DNA of 50,863 bases from Deltaproteobacteria bacterium CG03_land_8_20_14_0_80_45_14 (GCA_002780715.1 PEUO01000148.1:1-50863), one strand, 5' to 3'; shown: positions 18,280 to 27,880, counted from the stretch's first letter. Program-made: numbers and translations. Notes: a model not told the origin generated them from the letters alone.

Positions 18280-19698
18280 CTATTCCTCAATCCCACCATC
18301 CCCCCCTTTAGTAAAGGGGGGAGAGGGGGGATTAAAACGGATTCGATACTTCTTCATTTTATATCGGAGAACCCTCTCACTGATGCCAAGGCTCTCAGCG
18401 GCCTTTGTCTGAACCCCCTGATGCTGATGGAGGGCCTTGAGGATGGAGCCTCTTTCAATCTCCTCCAAAGATTCGGGGAGGCTCTTTTCTTTTTTGGGAG
18501 ATCCCCATAGCTTCTCAGATTTTTCCTCTTTGAGGTGGAAAGGAAGGTCTTGGGTCGTGATGATCTCTGCGCGGCAAAGGACTACTGCCCGTTCAATGAG
18601 GTTCTCCAGTTCTCTGACATTTCCAGGATAAGGGTAACGGAGGAGAAGAACTCTTGCCTCTTTAGAAATATCAGAGATTGATTTCTGATTCTCTTTTGAA
18701 TATTTTTTTAAAAAATAGTCGATCAGAAGAGGAATATCGTCTCTCCTTTCTATCAGGGGGGGGAGGGTGATCGAAATCACATTAAGTCGATAGTATAGAT
18801 CCTCTCTAAAGAGTCCTTTCTTAATCGCCTCCTCAAGATTTCGATGGGTAGCAGTGATCACCCTCACATCGGTCTTGAGGCTGAGATTTGATCCCAGCCG
18901 TTGGAATTCTTTCTCCTGTAAGATTCTCAGAAGTTTCACTTGGGTGCTCGGTGAGAGGTCTCCAATCTCATCGAGAAAGATGGAACCGCCGTCTGCCTCT
19001 TCGAATCGGCCGATCCTTCTCTGGATAGCCCCCGTGAAAGCTCCTTTCTCATGACCGAAGAGTTCACTTTCAAGGAGGGTTTCGGGGATCGCAGCACAAC
19101 TCACCTTCACCCAGGGCTTTTCAGAGCGAGGACTTGCATAATGAATGGCATTGGCAATCAGCTCTTTTCCTGTTCCGCTCTCCCCCCGGATGAGGATAGT
19201 GGCTTGACTGGGCGCTACCCGAGCCACCAGCCCCATGACCTCCTCCATCTTTGGGCTTCCGTAGACAATATGGGTAAACGCATAGCGCTCCTGAAGTTGG
19301 GCTTTCAGCTCCTTATTCTCTTTTATGAGGGTGGATCTCTCGATCACTTTTTGGAGCATGAGGAGGAGTTCATCCAAATCGATGGGTTTGGTGAGATAGT
19401 CCAGAGCCCCTTCTTTCATCGAGGCCACGGCTGTCTCCACTGTTCCATAGGCCGTCATCATGACCACAGGAAGGTCTGGATAGAACATTCGAATCTCTTG
19501 GAGCGTTTGGAGACCATCGAGTTCGGGCATTTTATAGTCGACCAAGGCAATATCGAAAAAATCCCCTTCAAGTTTCTGAAGAGCTTCCCTGCCATTGGCT
19601 ACGGCTTCGACAGAGAAACCTTCCTTTTTTAAAAACCCTTCTAAAAGGTCCCTTTGGTTTTTTTCGTCCTCAGCAATGAGTATTCTGGATTTCTCCAT
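18280..19698 (-). CDS. Sigma54-dependent response regulator (NtrC/ZraR-like)
   Basis: 472 aa with a REC domain, an AAA+ domain carrying GAFTGA (ELFGHEKGAFTGA) and a Fis-type HTH. The last ~20 aa (..PPSPPFTKGGDGGIEE) are read from a G/C hairpin repeat. Confidence 0.92.
   Translation of the reverse strand: MEKSRILIAEDEKNQRDLLEGFLKKEGFSVEAVANGREALQKLEGDFFDIALVDYKMPELDGLQTLQEIRMFYPDLPVVMMTAYGTVETAVASMKEGALDYLTKPIDLDELLLMLQKVIERSTLIKENKELKAQLQERYAFTHIVYGSPKMEEVMGLVARVAPSQATILIRGESGTGKELIANAIHYASPRSEKPWVKVSCAAIPETLLESELFGHEKGAFTGAIQRRIGRFEEADGGSIFLDEIGDLSPSTQVKLLRILQEKEFQRLGSNLSLKTDVRVITATHRNLEEAIKKGLFREDLYYRLNVISITLPPLIERRDDIPLLIDYFLKKYSKENQKSISDISKEARVLLLRYPYPGNVRELENLIERAVVLCRAEIITTQDLPFHLKEEKSEKLWGSPKKEKSLPESLEEIERGSILKALHQHQGVQTKAAESLGISERVLRYKMKKYRIRFNPPSPPFTKGGDGGIEE
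18290..18332. repeat. G/C-tract hairpin repeat
   Basis: ATCCCACCATCCCCCCTTT-AGT-AAAGGGGGGAGAGGGGGGAT. Related hairpins occur at 29171-29201 and 31904-31950. Confidence 0.7.
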
Positions 19699-19727
19699 TT
19701 TGTTTTATAGATTAACTCGGGACTCCT

Positions 19728-19756
19728 GTACGGAACGGTTTCAAACCGTTCCCTAC
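19728..19756. repeat. Palindrome in the kinase-regulator spacer
   Basis: GGAACGGTTT-C-AAACCGTTCC with perfect 10-nt arms. Confidence 0.7.
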
Positions 19757-19761
19757 TGAAA

Positions 19762-21498
19762 TTAAATCGGCAGTGTGACCATTACCCTGGTTCCAGACCC
19801 CACTTGACTTTCTATTTTCAATTGGCCACCATGGGCTTCAATAATTCGATGGGCAATCGGAAGCCCCAACCCTACTCCTTTCTCTTTTGTCGTATAGTAA
19901 TAATTGAAGATTTTCTCCATCTGTTCCGGTGGAATTCCGGGACCTGAATCTGAAATGATTACCTCCACGCTTTCCTTTAAGGATTTGGTTTCAATCCGAA
20001 GGGTCCCTCCTTGTCCCATGGCCTGCATTCCATTCTTCATAATATTGATAAAGGCTTGTGTCAACCTCTCAGGATCAATTTTGAGGAGAGGCAGGTCTAA
20101 AGGAATTTCTGTCTGAAGGGTGATCCCCAGAGAAGAAGCCTCTTCCTGAAAAAAGGTAACTAAATTTTTCAGAAGATCTTGGAGGGGAGATTTTCTTAGA
20201 TTGAGTTGAAAAGGCCTGGAGAGGGTCAGAAACTGTTCGATGATTTCATTGACCCTTCTGATCTCTTTAAGGATCAACTCCATGAAAGAAATATACTCTT
20301 CTTTTTTGGATTCATCTGTAGGAAGAAATTCTCTCTTGAGCCTCTGGAGCCCCATGCCCATGGCATTGAGAGGGTTTCGAATCTCATGGGCGACGCCAGC
20401 GGCTAAATGGCCAAGGGACGAAAGTCTCTCTGCCAATTGAATGCGATCCTCCAATTCTTTCATTTTTCTAAGATGCCGGTTCTGGTTGACCCATATCAGA
20501 GTGATCGCAGAAATCCCCAAGATGAGGAAAATGAAGACCGATAGGGCAACGTACTTCTTGATCTGGCTGAGAACAGGTTGGATTTCCTTTGGGGAGTATC
20601 CAATTCGGATCAGACCCAAGGTTTTGTCCTTCAGGGAGAAAGATTTTACCACCTCAAAGATTTCCTCTCCTTTGATAGACTGATAGCGCCGGTAAAGAAC
20701 CCGGTTGCTTAGGAGGGAATTTCTTAAGAAGGAGTCCTCCTCCTTTCTTCCAATGAAGGTTGGATCCGTATGAGCGAGGGTGTTGAGAGAAGTATCTTGA
20801 ACAGAGATATAGAGGATGCCCTCTCTGAGACCGATATCAGAAATCGCCCTTTGAATGGCGAATTTTCGGAAGAGTCTTTTCATCTGTTCTCCATTGAGGT
20901 AGAGAGCGATGATTCCTGGATTCACCCTCCTCCAGATGGCAATCGAGAACAAGTGGTCTTCCGACAGGGATTTGCCAAAAAGGTCAATGGCGACTGGATG
21001 TTTCTTCTCGATCAATTCCCGAAGAAGAAGTTTTTTTTCGGTAGAAGAAAATGGAGAGGGCCATCCCCTGAGCGGGTTCCCCTTGGAATCATAGATTTCG
21101 ATCGAAGTGATTTGGTATTGGCCAGCGAGGGATTGGAGGTCAGAAAAATTCAGAGGTTTTTCTCTGTCGGTTTGATCCGCCCTGTGGATAGCCTCCAGAA
21201 GGTATTCGGCAATGGAATCCTCCAGGCCGAAAAAGAGTCCTGAAACAGGAGGGCTGAAAGAATGTTTCCCGGGTCCACTTTCCATCCATTGGAGGGAGGT
21301 GAGGGTTTCTTGGATATTCTTCTCGAAGTGTTGAATGAGAACGATCGCCTCTCTTTCCAATAAAAGATAGAATCCATTTTTGGTTCGATTGATTTCCAAA
21401 AGTCCATTGATGATGAGAATGATGAGAATAATTCCAGAAAGGATCCCCAGGTAGATGGGGGAAAAGCTTCTCCTTATCTTCATCTCATGCTTGAACAA
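19762..21498 (-). CDS. Sensor histidine kinase (ZraS/NtrB-like: periplasmic sensor, HisKA, HATPase_c)
   Basis: 578 aa with two TM segments flanking a ~280-aa periplasmic region, H-box AHEIRNPLNAM and G-boxes. TTG start at 21498; the first ATG is at 21483. Confidence 0.9.
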   Translation of the reverse strand: MFKHEMKIRRSFSPIYLGILSGIILIILIINGLLEINRTKNGFYLLLEREAIVLIQHFEKNIQETLTSLQWMESGPGKHSFSPPVSGLFFGLEDSIAEYLLEAIHRADQTDREKPLNFSDLQSLAGQYQITSIEIYDSKGNPLRGWPSPFSSTEKKLLLRELIEKKHPVAIDLFGKSLSEDHLFSIAIWRRVNPGIIALYLNGEQMKRLFRKFAIQRAISDIGLREGILYISVQDTSLNTLAHTDPTFIGRKEEDSFLRNSLLSNRVLYRRYQSIKGEEIFEVVKSFSLKDKTLGLIRIGYSPKEIQPVLSQIKKYVALSVFIFLILGISAITLIWVNQNRHLRKMKELEDRIQLAERLSSLGHLAAGVAHEIRNPLNAMGMGLQRLKREFLPTDESKKEEYISFMELILKEIRRVNEIIEQFLTLSRPFQLNLRKSPLQDLLKNLVTFFQEEASSLGITLQTEIPLDLPLLKIDPERLTQAFINIMKNGMQAMGQGGTLRIETKSLKESVEVIISDSGPGIPPEQMEKIFNYYYTTKEKGVGLGLPIAHRIIEAHGGQLKIESQVGSGTRVMVTLPI

Positions 21499-21548
21499 AA
21501 TACACCCTGTCCTTTTTTCTCCCCGGATCAGCCCGTTGAAAGAAAAAC

Positions 21549-22019
21549 CTATTTAGGAGACATAGGTCCCATTGGGCCCATTCCAGGCATCATTTGTCGG
21601 AAACGAGGAAACTCTTGCTCCGGACACCAGGCTTTTAGTTGTTCAGGGTTTAAAAGGTTTCTGACCTTGATCAGATATTCGATGGCCTTCTCCTCCTGTT
21701 TGGACTGGATTTCAATAATCTCTAAAGTTTTTCCACGAATGGTTTCAGCCCTCACGGTCGGATTGATGAGTAATTCACGGAGTTCGAGGTTCTTTGTAAA
21801 GAGCTCAAGTCGAAGAAGTTGAGCTTCCCGGAAGTAGGACTGCTGTAAAAGATCAAGGTTTTTCATCTGTTCCTGGGAGAGATTGAATTCTGATACTCTC
21901 CTACATGGACCTTCTCCTCTCCACTTTCTCATTCCCTTCCCTGAAGGTTGTGAAAAGGAGAAAGATGCGGTAAGGATAAAAAGAAAACAGAAAATGAGTG
22001 TTTTTATTTTAATCTTCAT
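21549..22019 (-). CDS. CpxP/Spy/ZraP-family periplasmic protein (paralog 2)
   Basis: Signal peptide MKIKIKTLIFCFLFILTASFS, LSQEQ and LNPEQ (LTxxQ-type) motifs and a Met/Gly/Pro-rich C-terminus. The ATG at 22019 has GGGGA upstream. Confidence 0.75.
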   Translation of the reverse strand: MKIKIKTLIFCFLFILTASFSFSQPSGKGMRKWRGEGPCRRVSEFNLSQEQMKNLDLLQQSYFREAQLLRLELFTKNLELRELLINPTVRAETIRGKTLEIIEIQSKQEEKAIEYLIKVRNLLNPEQLKAWCPEQEFPRFRQMMPGMGPMGPMSPK

Positions 22020-22107
22020 GGTTCCCCACCAGTGATCCAATCCCAAAACATCGGGATTCCATATCCTAATCTATTCATTTTAAAACATATCGAAATGGTT
22101 TTAAAAA

Positions 22108-22228
22108 GTCAAACCTTCGACTCCTCAGCATAAATGCTGGGCCTTGCCTTGGGCCGGAGCTCCGGCTGAGGGCTCAGGTTTGACCCTGAGCTTGGGCTTT
22201 AGGAGAGATGCTCCGTCGAATGGGTCAA
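22108..22228. mobile_element. MITE-like element, copy 2
   Basis: Ends GTCAAACCTTCGAC and GTCGAATGGGTCAA. Core palindrome GCTCAGGTTTGACCCTGAGC (22172-22191), plus GCCGGAGCTCCGGC. Confidence 0.5.
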
Positions 22229-22264
22229 AAATAAAAGGGGAAGGCTAATACCTTCCCCTTTTAT
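22222..22264 (-). terminator. Intrinsic terminator after ZraP-like gene 1
   Basis: AAAAGGGGAAGG-CTAATA-CCTTCCCCTTTT is a 12-bp stem, followed on the minus strand by ATTTTTGA. Confidence 0.7.
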
Positions 22265-22285
22265 TGGGGTAGAGGAGGGTTGGGA

Positions 22286-22771
22286 TTACTCCATCATTCC
22301 ATAACCGCGACCCGCTCCAGGGCCATAGCCCATCTTGTGGCCGCGATCAAAACCAGGACCCATTCCACAACCTGGCCCAAAATTAGTAATCTGTTCAGGC
22401 GTGAGGAATTTTCGAGCTTCCAACCTCATTTGGACAGCTTTATCCCTCATCTGATTTTGAAGGTCTCTCAATTCTTTCTCCTTATCGAGAATCGCTTTGG
22501 ATTCAGCCTTTGGATCAGTCCATAAAGACTGAAGCTCCAGCTTCTTGGTCACCATTGCACCGATCAGTTTTGCATTTTCCTCTCTGAACTTTCGGCGCAA
22601 TTCCTGGAATTTGGTCTTCTGCTCGGGAGTCAAGGGATAGTCTTTTACAGGCCCCCAAGATTCGTGCATCCCTCTATGTCCAGGACCAAAACCCGGTCCT
22701 TGAGCATAAGCATAGGTCATACCTAAAACCACGACTGCCACCAATCCTAATACGACGATCGTTTTTCTCAT
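22286..22771 (-). CDS. CpxP/ZraP-family periplasmic chaperone/metal-stress protein (paralog 1)
   Basis: Signal peptide MRKTIVVLGLVAVVVLGMTYAYA, two LTPEQ motifs and Gly/Met/His-rich termini. AAGGAGG lies 8 nt before the ATG at 22771. The GTG at 22780 is too close to the SD. Confidence 0.8.
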   Translation of the reverse strand: MRKTIVVLGLVAVVVLGMTYAYAQGPGFGPGHRGMHESWGPVKDYPLTPEQKTKFQELRRKFREENAKLIGAMVTKKLELQSLWTDPKAESKAILDKEKELRDLQNQMRDKAVQMRLEARKFLTPEQITNFGPGCGMGPGFDRGHKMGYGPGAGRGYGMME

Positions 22772-22811
22772 CTTTTTCACCTCCTTTCATCTGCCAATGT
22801 TTTAATTTAGG

Positions 22812-22828
22812 AGCAAGACCTATGCCAA
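22812..22828 (-). promoter_or_regulatory. Sigma54 (-24/-12) promoter
   Basis: The minus strand reads TTGGCAT-AGGTC-TTGCT. This matches TGGCAC-N5-TTGCW with correct GG/GC spacing. It ends ~40 nt upstream of the ZraP-like ATG. Confidence 0.75.
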
Positions 22829-23324
22829 TTCGTTTTTTTCGATGTCATTCATTTCCTCGACATGATGATTTATTCAAAATTTTCAAAGGGTTCAATTAGT
22901 TTTAGAAATTGGATAAATTTAGCTTTCATAGAAATTGATTTCTGAAGATTCAACTTCAAACAGGAAAGACTTGTCGATAGTTATTAAGACGAATAATGTT
23001 TCTTATCGGTTTTAATAAATAACGTGCAGAAAACCCTTACCAGGGAGCAATGGGAATTCAATAGGTTAAGAACGCTCACCATGCCTGCCTGCGATAGACA
23101 GGAACAAAAAACCTTATATTTTAGGATTCGACAATTTTGGCGATCTTTTCGACAAGAATTTCCTATGAAAAAGACGCTACCTATTAAAATTGAAGGAATG
23201 TTGTTCATCGATTGGATGAGAGGTCATAAAATTTCCCTTGAAAAAGAGAAGGAGAAAAGGTAGAAAAAATAATAGAAACAGTTTGTAGGGTTTCTAAAAT
23301 TTGGAATAAAAGGGGGTCACGATA

Positions 23325-24584
23325 ATGGCTCAGAATGAGAAGATTAATCCTTTTGAGATGGCGAAGAAACAAGTTGATATTGTGGCCAAATATTTAAATC
23401 TGGATTCCGGATCAATAGAGAAATTAAAAAATACGAAGAGGGAGTTGATCGTCCATTTTCCTGTTCAGATGGATGATGGGAAGCTCAAGATCTTCACAGG
23501 GTATCGGGTCCAGCATAATGTGGCGAGGGGCCCTGCCAAAGGCGGAATAAGGTACCACCCCGATGTCGATCTCGATGAAGTAAGGGCTTTAGCCATGTGG
23601 ATGACCTGGAAGTCTGCTGTGGTCAAAATTCCTTTTGGAGGGGCGAAGGGTGGGGTTCAATGTAATCCCAAGGAGATGTCACTTCACGAAATAGAGCATT
23701 TGACAAGGAGATTTACCTGGGAAATCTCCATGATGTTGGGCCCTGAACAGGATATTCCTGCTCCAGATGTCAATACTAACCCCCAGGTGATGGCCTGGAT
23801 CATGGATACGTTCAGTATTTTAAAAGGCTACTCAGTCCCGGGTGTGGTGACAGGCAAGCCCATTGAGTTAGGAGGATCTCTGGGAAGATTTGAAGCCACG
23901 GGCAGGGGAGTGGTGATTACTTCTCTTGAGGCATTGAAATATTTAAAAATACCGATTGAAGGAGCCAAGGTGGCGATCCAGGGATGTGGCAATGTCGGAG
24001 GCATTGCTGCGATGCACTTTGATCGCCTGGGGGCAAAGGTCATTGCCATCAGCGATTCACAAAAAGGGCTCTATAATGAGAATGGACTGGATGTGAAGAG
24101 AGCCTTGGAATACAAAGCAAAATATAAATGTTTTGTTTGCGAGACAAAAAATGAAACCGAGATCACCAATCAAGAATTATTAGAGTTGAAATGCGATGTC
24201 CTGGTGCCCGCTGCGATAGAAAGTCAGATCATAGAGAAGAATGCTCCTCGAATCAAAGCGAAAATTATCGCCGAAGGAGCGAATGGACCGACCACCCCGG
24301 AGGCGGATGAGATTTTGAATGACAAGGGAGTTTTCATTGTTCCTGACATCTTAGCCAATGGAGGAGGAGTGACGGTCTCCTATTTTGAATGGGTTCAAAA
24401 CCTTCAGGAGCTCATCTGGAGTGAAGAGGAGGTGTTGGACCGATTGACCCGGATCATGCAGCGAGGTTTCAAAGAAGTTCTGGATATCTCGCTTTCTAAA
24501 AAAATCCCCATGAGAGCAGCAGCCCTTGTACTGGGGATTGGAAGGGTGGCTGAAGCCTCGAGACTCAGAGGACTCTATCCATAA
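23325..24584 (+). CDS. gdhA: Glutamate dehydrogenase (Glu/Leu/Phe/Val dehydrogenase family)
   Basis: 419 aa. Contains KGGIRYHP, PFGGAKGG and an NAD(P) Rossmann motif GCGNVG. Confidence 0.92.
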   Translation: MAQNEKINPFEMAKKQVDIVAKYLNLDSGSIEKLKNTKRELIVHFPVQMDDGKLKIFTGYRVQHNVARGPAKGGIRYHPDVDLDEVRALAMWMTWKSAVVKIPFGGAKGGVQCNPKEMSLHEIEHLTRRFTWEISMMLGPEQDIPAPDVNTNPQVMAWIMDTFSILKGYSVPGVVTGKPIELGGSLGRFEATGRGVVITSLEALKYLKIPIEGAKVAIQGCGNVGGIAAMHFDRLGAKVIAISDSQKGLYNENGLDVKRALEYKAKYKCFVCETKNETEITNQELLELKCDVLVPAAIESQIIEKNAPRIKAKIIAEGANGPTTPEADEILNDKGVFIVPDILANGGGVTVSYFEWVQNLQELIWSEEEVLDRLTRIMQRGFKEVLDISLSKKIPMRAAALVLGIGRVAEASRLRGLYP

Positions 24585-24589
24585 CAAAA

Positions 24590-24635
24590 GATCAATGGAC
24601 ATTGATCATTGATCATTGCAAATTGATCATTGAAG
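24590..24635. repeat. TTGATCA-type heptamer array
   Basis: GATCAATGGACATTGATCATTGATCATTGCAAATTGATCATTGAAG, beginning 6 nt after the gdh stop. Confidence 0.65.
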
Positions 24636-24651
24636 TTAGAAGGATAAAAAG

Positions 24652-25983
24652 ATGGAATATGGATATCCAAAAGGACATATCTTTTATCGAAAGTTAGGGC
24701 GGATCTATCCTTTAATCACTCACGGAGAAGGAATCTATCTTTATGATGAGAAGGGGAAACGTTATATTGATGGGTCTGGTGGTGCGTTGGTCGTAAACAT
24801 TGGCCACGGGCAGAAAGAGATTCTCCAAAGCATGGCAGACCAGATGGGCAAGGTGGGATATGTCCATGGAACCCAATTCACCACCCAGTCCATTGAGGAA
24901 TATGCAGAAGCTTTAGGAAAGATTCTGCCAGAGGGATTGGAGAAGATCTATTTCCTCTCAGGAGGCTCAGAAGCGGTTGAGGCAGCCATCAAATTGGCCA
25001 GGCAATACTGTTTGGAATCCGGCCAATCGCAGCGATGGCGAGTGGTTGCCCGATGGCACAGTTACCATGGAAACACCCTTGGAGCGCTTTCTCTGACAGG
25101 ACGGGTGGGGGCGAGAAGGCCTTACCTTCCTCTATTGATGGATTTCCCCCATTTTCCACCCCCCTATTGTTATCGGTGTCCTTTCGGTCTCACCTATCCT
25201 GAGTGTGAGTTGGAATGTGGGAGGGCCTTGGAAAATGTGATCCAACTGGAGGGGCCAGAAACGATTTCCGCTGTGATCTTAGAACCTATTATCGGAGCAA
25301 CCATTGGAGCGGTTGTTCCACCTGATGGATATCTTTCATTGATCAAAAAGACCTGTGAGCGATACGGAATCCTTTTGATCGATGATGAGGTGATGGCGGG
25401 AATGGGAAGGTCCGGGAAATGGTTTGCAGTGGAACATTGGGAAGTTCAGCCAGACATCATGGTCTTGGGGAAAGGGATGAGCGGAGGTTATTTTCCACTT
25501 TCGGCTATGATCACCAAGGCGGACATAGTCGATCTTCTGAAAGAACGAACTGGCGGTTTTGTCCATGGCCATACCTTTTCGCATCATCCCGTGGCCTGCG
25601 CTGTCGGCCTGGCTGTACTCCAGCTCATCCATGAGAAAAAGCTTGTCGAGCAGTGTGTCAGACGAGGAGAATATCTGCTCAAGAGATTAAAGGAATTGAA
25701 GGCCTTTCCCTTTGTAGGGGATGTGCGGGGAAAAGGATTGATGACCGCAATCGAATTTGTTAAAGATCAAAAGACCAAAGAGCCTTTCCCGAGAACAGGC
25801 AGATTTACAGAGAAGGTGGTCGACCTGGCTTTTGAGAATGGCCTCGTCCTCTATCCTGGTACCGGTTTTGTCGATGGGGTGAATGGCGATATGGTGATGG
25901 TGGGTCCTCCTCTGATCATTGAAGAGGGTCAGATTGATGAGATCATGGAGATTCTAAAAAAGACTTTTTCTCAAATGAGTTAA
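24652..25983 (+). CDS. Class III (omega-type) PLP-dependent aminotransferase
   Basis: 443 aa. Contains ..LSGGSEAVEAAIKLAR.., ..LIDDEVMAGMGRSGKWFA.. and the ..VLGKGMSGGY.. PLP-Lys region. Confidence 0.88.
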   Translation: MEYGYPKGHIFYRKLGRIYPLITHGEGIYLYDEKGKRYIDGSGGALVVNIGHGQKEILQSMADQMGKVGYVHGTQFTTQSIEEYAEALGKILPEGLEKIYFLSGGSEAVEAAIKLARQYCLESGQSQRWRVVARWHSYHGNTLGALSLTGRVGARRPYLPLLMDFPHFPPPYCYRCPFGLTYPECELECGRALENVIQLEGPETISAVILEPIIGATIGAVVPPDGYLSLIKKTCERYGILLIDDEVMAGMGRSGKWFAVEHWEVQPDIMVLGKGMSGGYFPLSAMITKADIVDLLKERTGGFVHGHTFSHHPVACAVGLAVLQLIHEKKLVEQCVRRGEYLLKRLKELKAFPFVGDVRGKGLMTAIEFVKDQKTKEPFPRTGRFTEKVVDLAFENGLVLYPGTGFVDGVNGDMVMVGPPLIIEEGQIDEIMEILKKTFSQMS

Positions 25984-26014
25984 TGATACGAAACATTGAA
26001 ACAGGAGGTTCGTG

Positions 26015-27880
26015 ATGTATGGATGGAGAGGGAAAGTTCTTCGGGTTGATCTAAGCCGAAAGGAGATACGCGAAGAGAAATTAGATCCCCAGGTGCTCAA
26101 AGATTTTGTCGGTGGAAGAGGCGTTGGGATATATTACTTGATTCGTGAGATGGACCCACTTTCCGATCCATTGGGAGATGAAAACCTCTTGATCATGGCC
26201 GCAGGGCCTTTGACCGGGACACGTGCACCCACAGGGGCACGATATATGGTCATGACTAAATCCCCCTTGACGGGTGCAGTCACGTGTTCCAATTCGAGTG
26301 GGTTTTTCCCTGCCGAGTTGAAGAAAACCGGTTTGGACATGATCATCTTCCACGGCAAAGCTCAGGAACCCGTATACCTTTGGATCTATGGAGACCATGC
26401 CGAGCTTCGTCCAGCATCCCATCTCTGGGGGAAAAGCACCCATGAGACTCATGATGCCCTGTTGTCTGAGGCCGATTTAAAAGCTCGAGTGGCATGTATT
26501 GGGCCAGCTGGGGAGCGGATGGTGCGTTTCGCATCCATCATGAATGATCGAGATCGGGCAGCTGGCCGATCCGGTGTGGGAGCGGTTATGGGCTCCAAAA
26601 GACTAAAGGCCGTGGTGGTGCGTGGAAAAGGGGAAGTGCCAATCTGGGATGAAGCCGGATTCAAGGAAATCTGTCGCGGGTACTATGAAAAGTTTCAGGA
26701 AGGGCAGAAGGGACAACCGTCAGCCCTTCGGCTCCACGGGACAGCGGTCACAGTCATGGCGACTCAGAATCATGGGGTTTTTCCCACGCGTAACTTTCAA
26801 CAGGGGACCTTTGAGGGATGGGAGGCGATCCACGGTGAGACTCTCACTCGGAAGTATCTCGTAAGTTCCAAGGCCTGTTTCAATTGCCCGATTGCCTGCG
26901 GTCGGGTGACCCGTGTGACCGAACCTCCCTTTGAAGGGGAAGGAGAAGGGCCCGAATACGAAACGATTTATGCGTTTGGAAGCAACTGTGGGGTAGATAG
27001 CCTATCGGCGGTAACAAAAGCCAACTACATCTGCAATGAGATGGGCATGGATACCATCTCCATGGGGACTACGATGGCGTGTGCCATGGAGTTGAGCGAA
27101 CGGGGCTATCTACCGGATGCGGATATAGGAAGACCGCTTCGGTTTGGAGATAAAGAGGCCATTGTGGAGCTCACTAAGCTGACAGCACTCCGAAAAGGAT
27201 TTGGAGACATTCTGGCCGAGGGGAGTCTTCGAATGGCACAGAAATATGGACATCCAGAGTTGGCCATGGTTTCTAAAGGGCAGGAATTTGCAGGTTATGA
27301 CCCCAGGGGAGAACAGGGGATGGGACTTGCCTATGCCACCTCCAACATCGGAGCCTCCCATATGAGAGGGGACCTTGCCTATATTGAACTATTAGGCGTC
27401 CCCATCCTCATCGATCCTCTCACCTGGAAAGATAAGCCCGCTATTGTAAAGGATTTCCAGGATGTTTTTGCAATTATCGATTCTGCAGGACTGTGCGTTT
27501 TCTTTACCATTAGAAATCTGGTCTCGCCCACTCGAGACATTCGCCCCATTGGAATATTAGAACTTGTAAATTCAGCCACGGGCGCCGGATACGATATGGC
27601 GACATTGACCCGTGCGGGCGAGCGTATCATCAATCTCGAACGGTTATTTCTGGTAAGAGCTGGTTTTTCTCGAAAGGATGACCAATTGCCTCCTCGTATT
27701 CTTCAGGAACCCTTACCGGATGGACCTGCAAAGGGAATGGTCTGTCATTTAGATGAGATGCTCATCCGATACTATCAACTCCGGGGATGGAATCAAAATG
27801 GCATTCCCACAGAGGCGAAACTAAGGGAATTGGGTTTGGAGAAGGTGGCAGAGGATTTGGAAAAGTTGGGTAAAATTTAA
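26015..27880 (+). CDS. Aldehyde:ferredoxin oxidoreductase family (tungsto/molybdopterin)
   Basis: MYGWRGKVLRVDLS N-terminus, CFNCPIACGR [4Fe-4S] motif and EYETIYAFGSNCG. AGGAGG lies 6 nt before the ATG at 26015. Confidence 0.92.
   Translation: MYGWRGKVLRVDLSRKEIREEKLDPQVLKDFVGGRGVGIYYLIREMDPLSDPLGDENLLIMAAGPLTGTRAPTGARYMVMTKSPLTGAVTCSNSSGFFPAELKKTGLDMIIFHGKAQEPVYLWIYGDHAELRPASHLWGKSTHETHDALLSEADLKARVACIGPAGERMVRFASIMNDRDRAAGRSGVGAVMGSKRLKAVVVRGKGEVPIWDEAGFKEICRGYYEKFQEGQKGQPSALRLHGTAVTVMATQNHGVFPTRNFQQGTFEGWEAIHGETLTRKYLVSSKACFNCPIACGRVTRVTEPPFEGEGEGPEYETIYAFGSNCGVDSLSAVTKANYICNEMGMDTISMGTTMACAMELSERGYLPDADIGRPLRFGDKEAIVELTKLTALRKGFGDILAEGSLRMAQKYGHPELAMVSKGQEFAGYDPRGEQGMGLAYATSNIGASHMRGDLAYIELLGVPILIDPLTWKDKPAIVKDFQDVFAIIDSAGLCVFFTIRNLVSPTRDIRPIGILELVNSATGAGYDMATLTRAGERIINLERLFLVRAGFSRKDDQLPPRILQEPLPDGPAKGMVCHLDEMLIRYYQLRGWNQNGIPTEAKLRELGLEKVAEDLEKLGKI

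Noticed and set aside
22020-22110. A second sigma54 promoter upstream of CpxP-like paralog 2 (TGGAAT-CCCGA-TGTTT)
   Set aside because: The -12 element does not match TTGC, so it is not convincing.
22984-23263. ORFs 22984-23208(-) and 23024-23263(+) in the 540-bp divergent zraP-like/gdh spacer
   Set aside because: They overlap each other and lack an SD and any motifs. The region more plausibly holds promoter or enhancer DNA. A CGATAG..CTTATCG/TTATT..AATAA nested palindrome at 22973-23007 was noted but is too weak to call.
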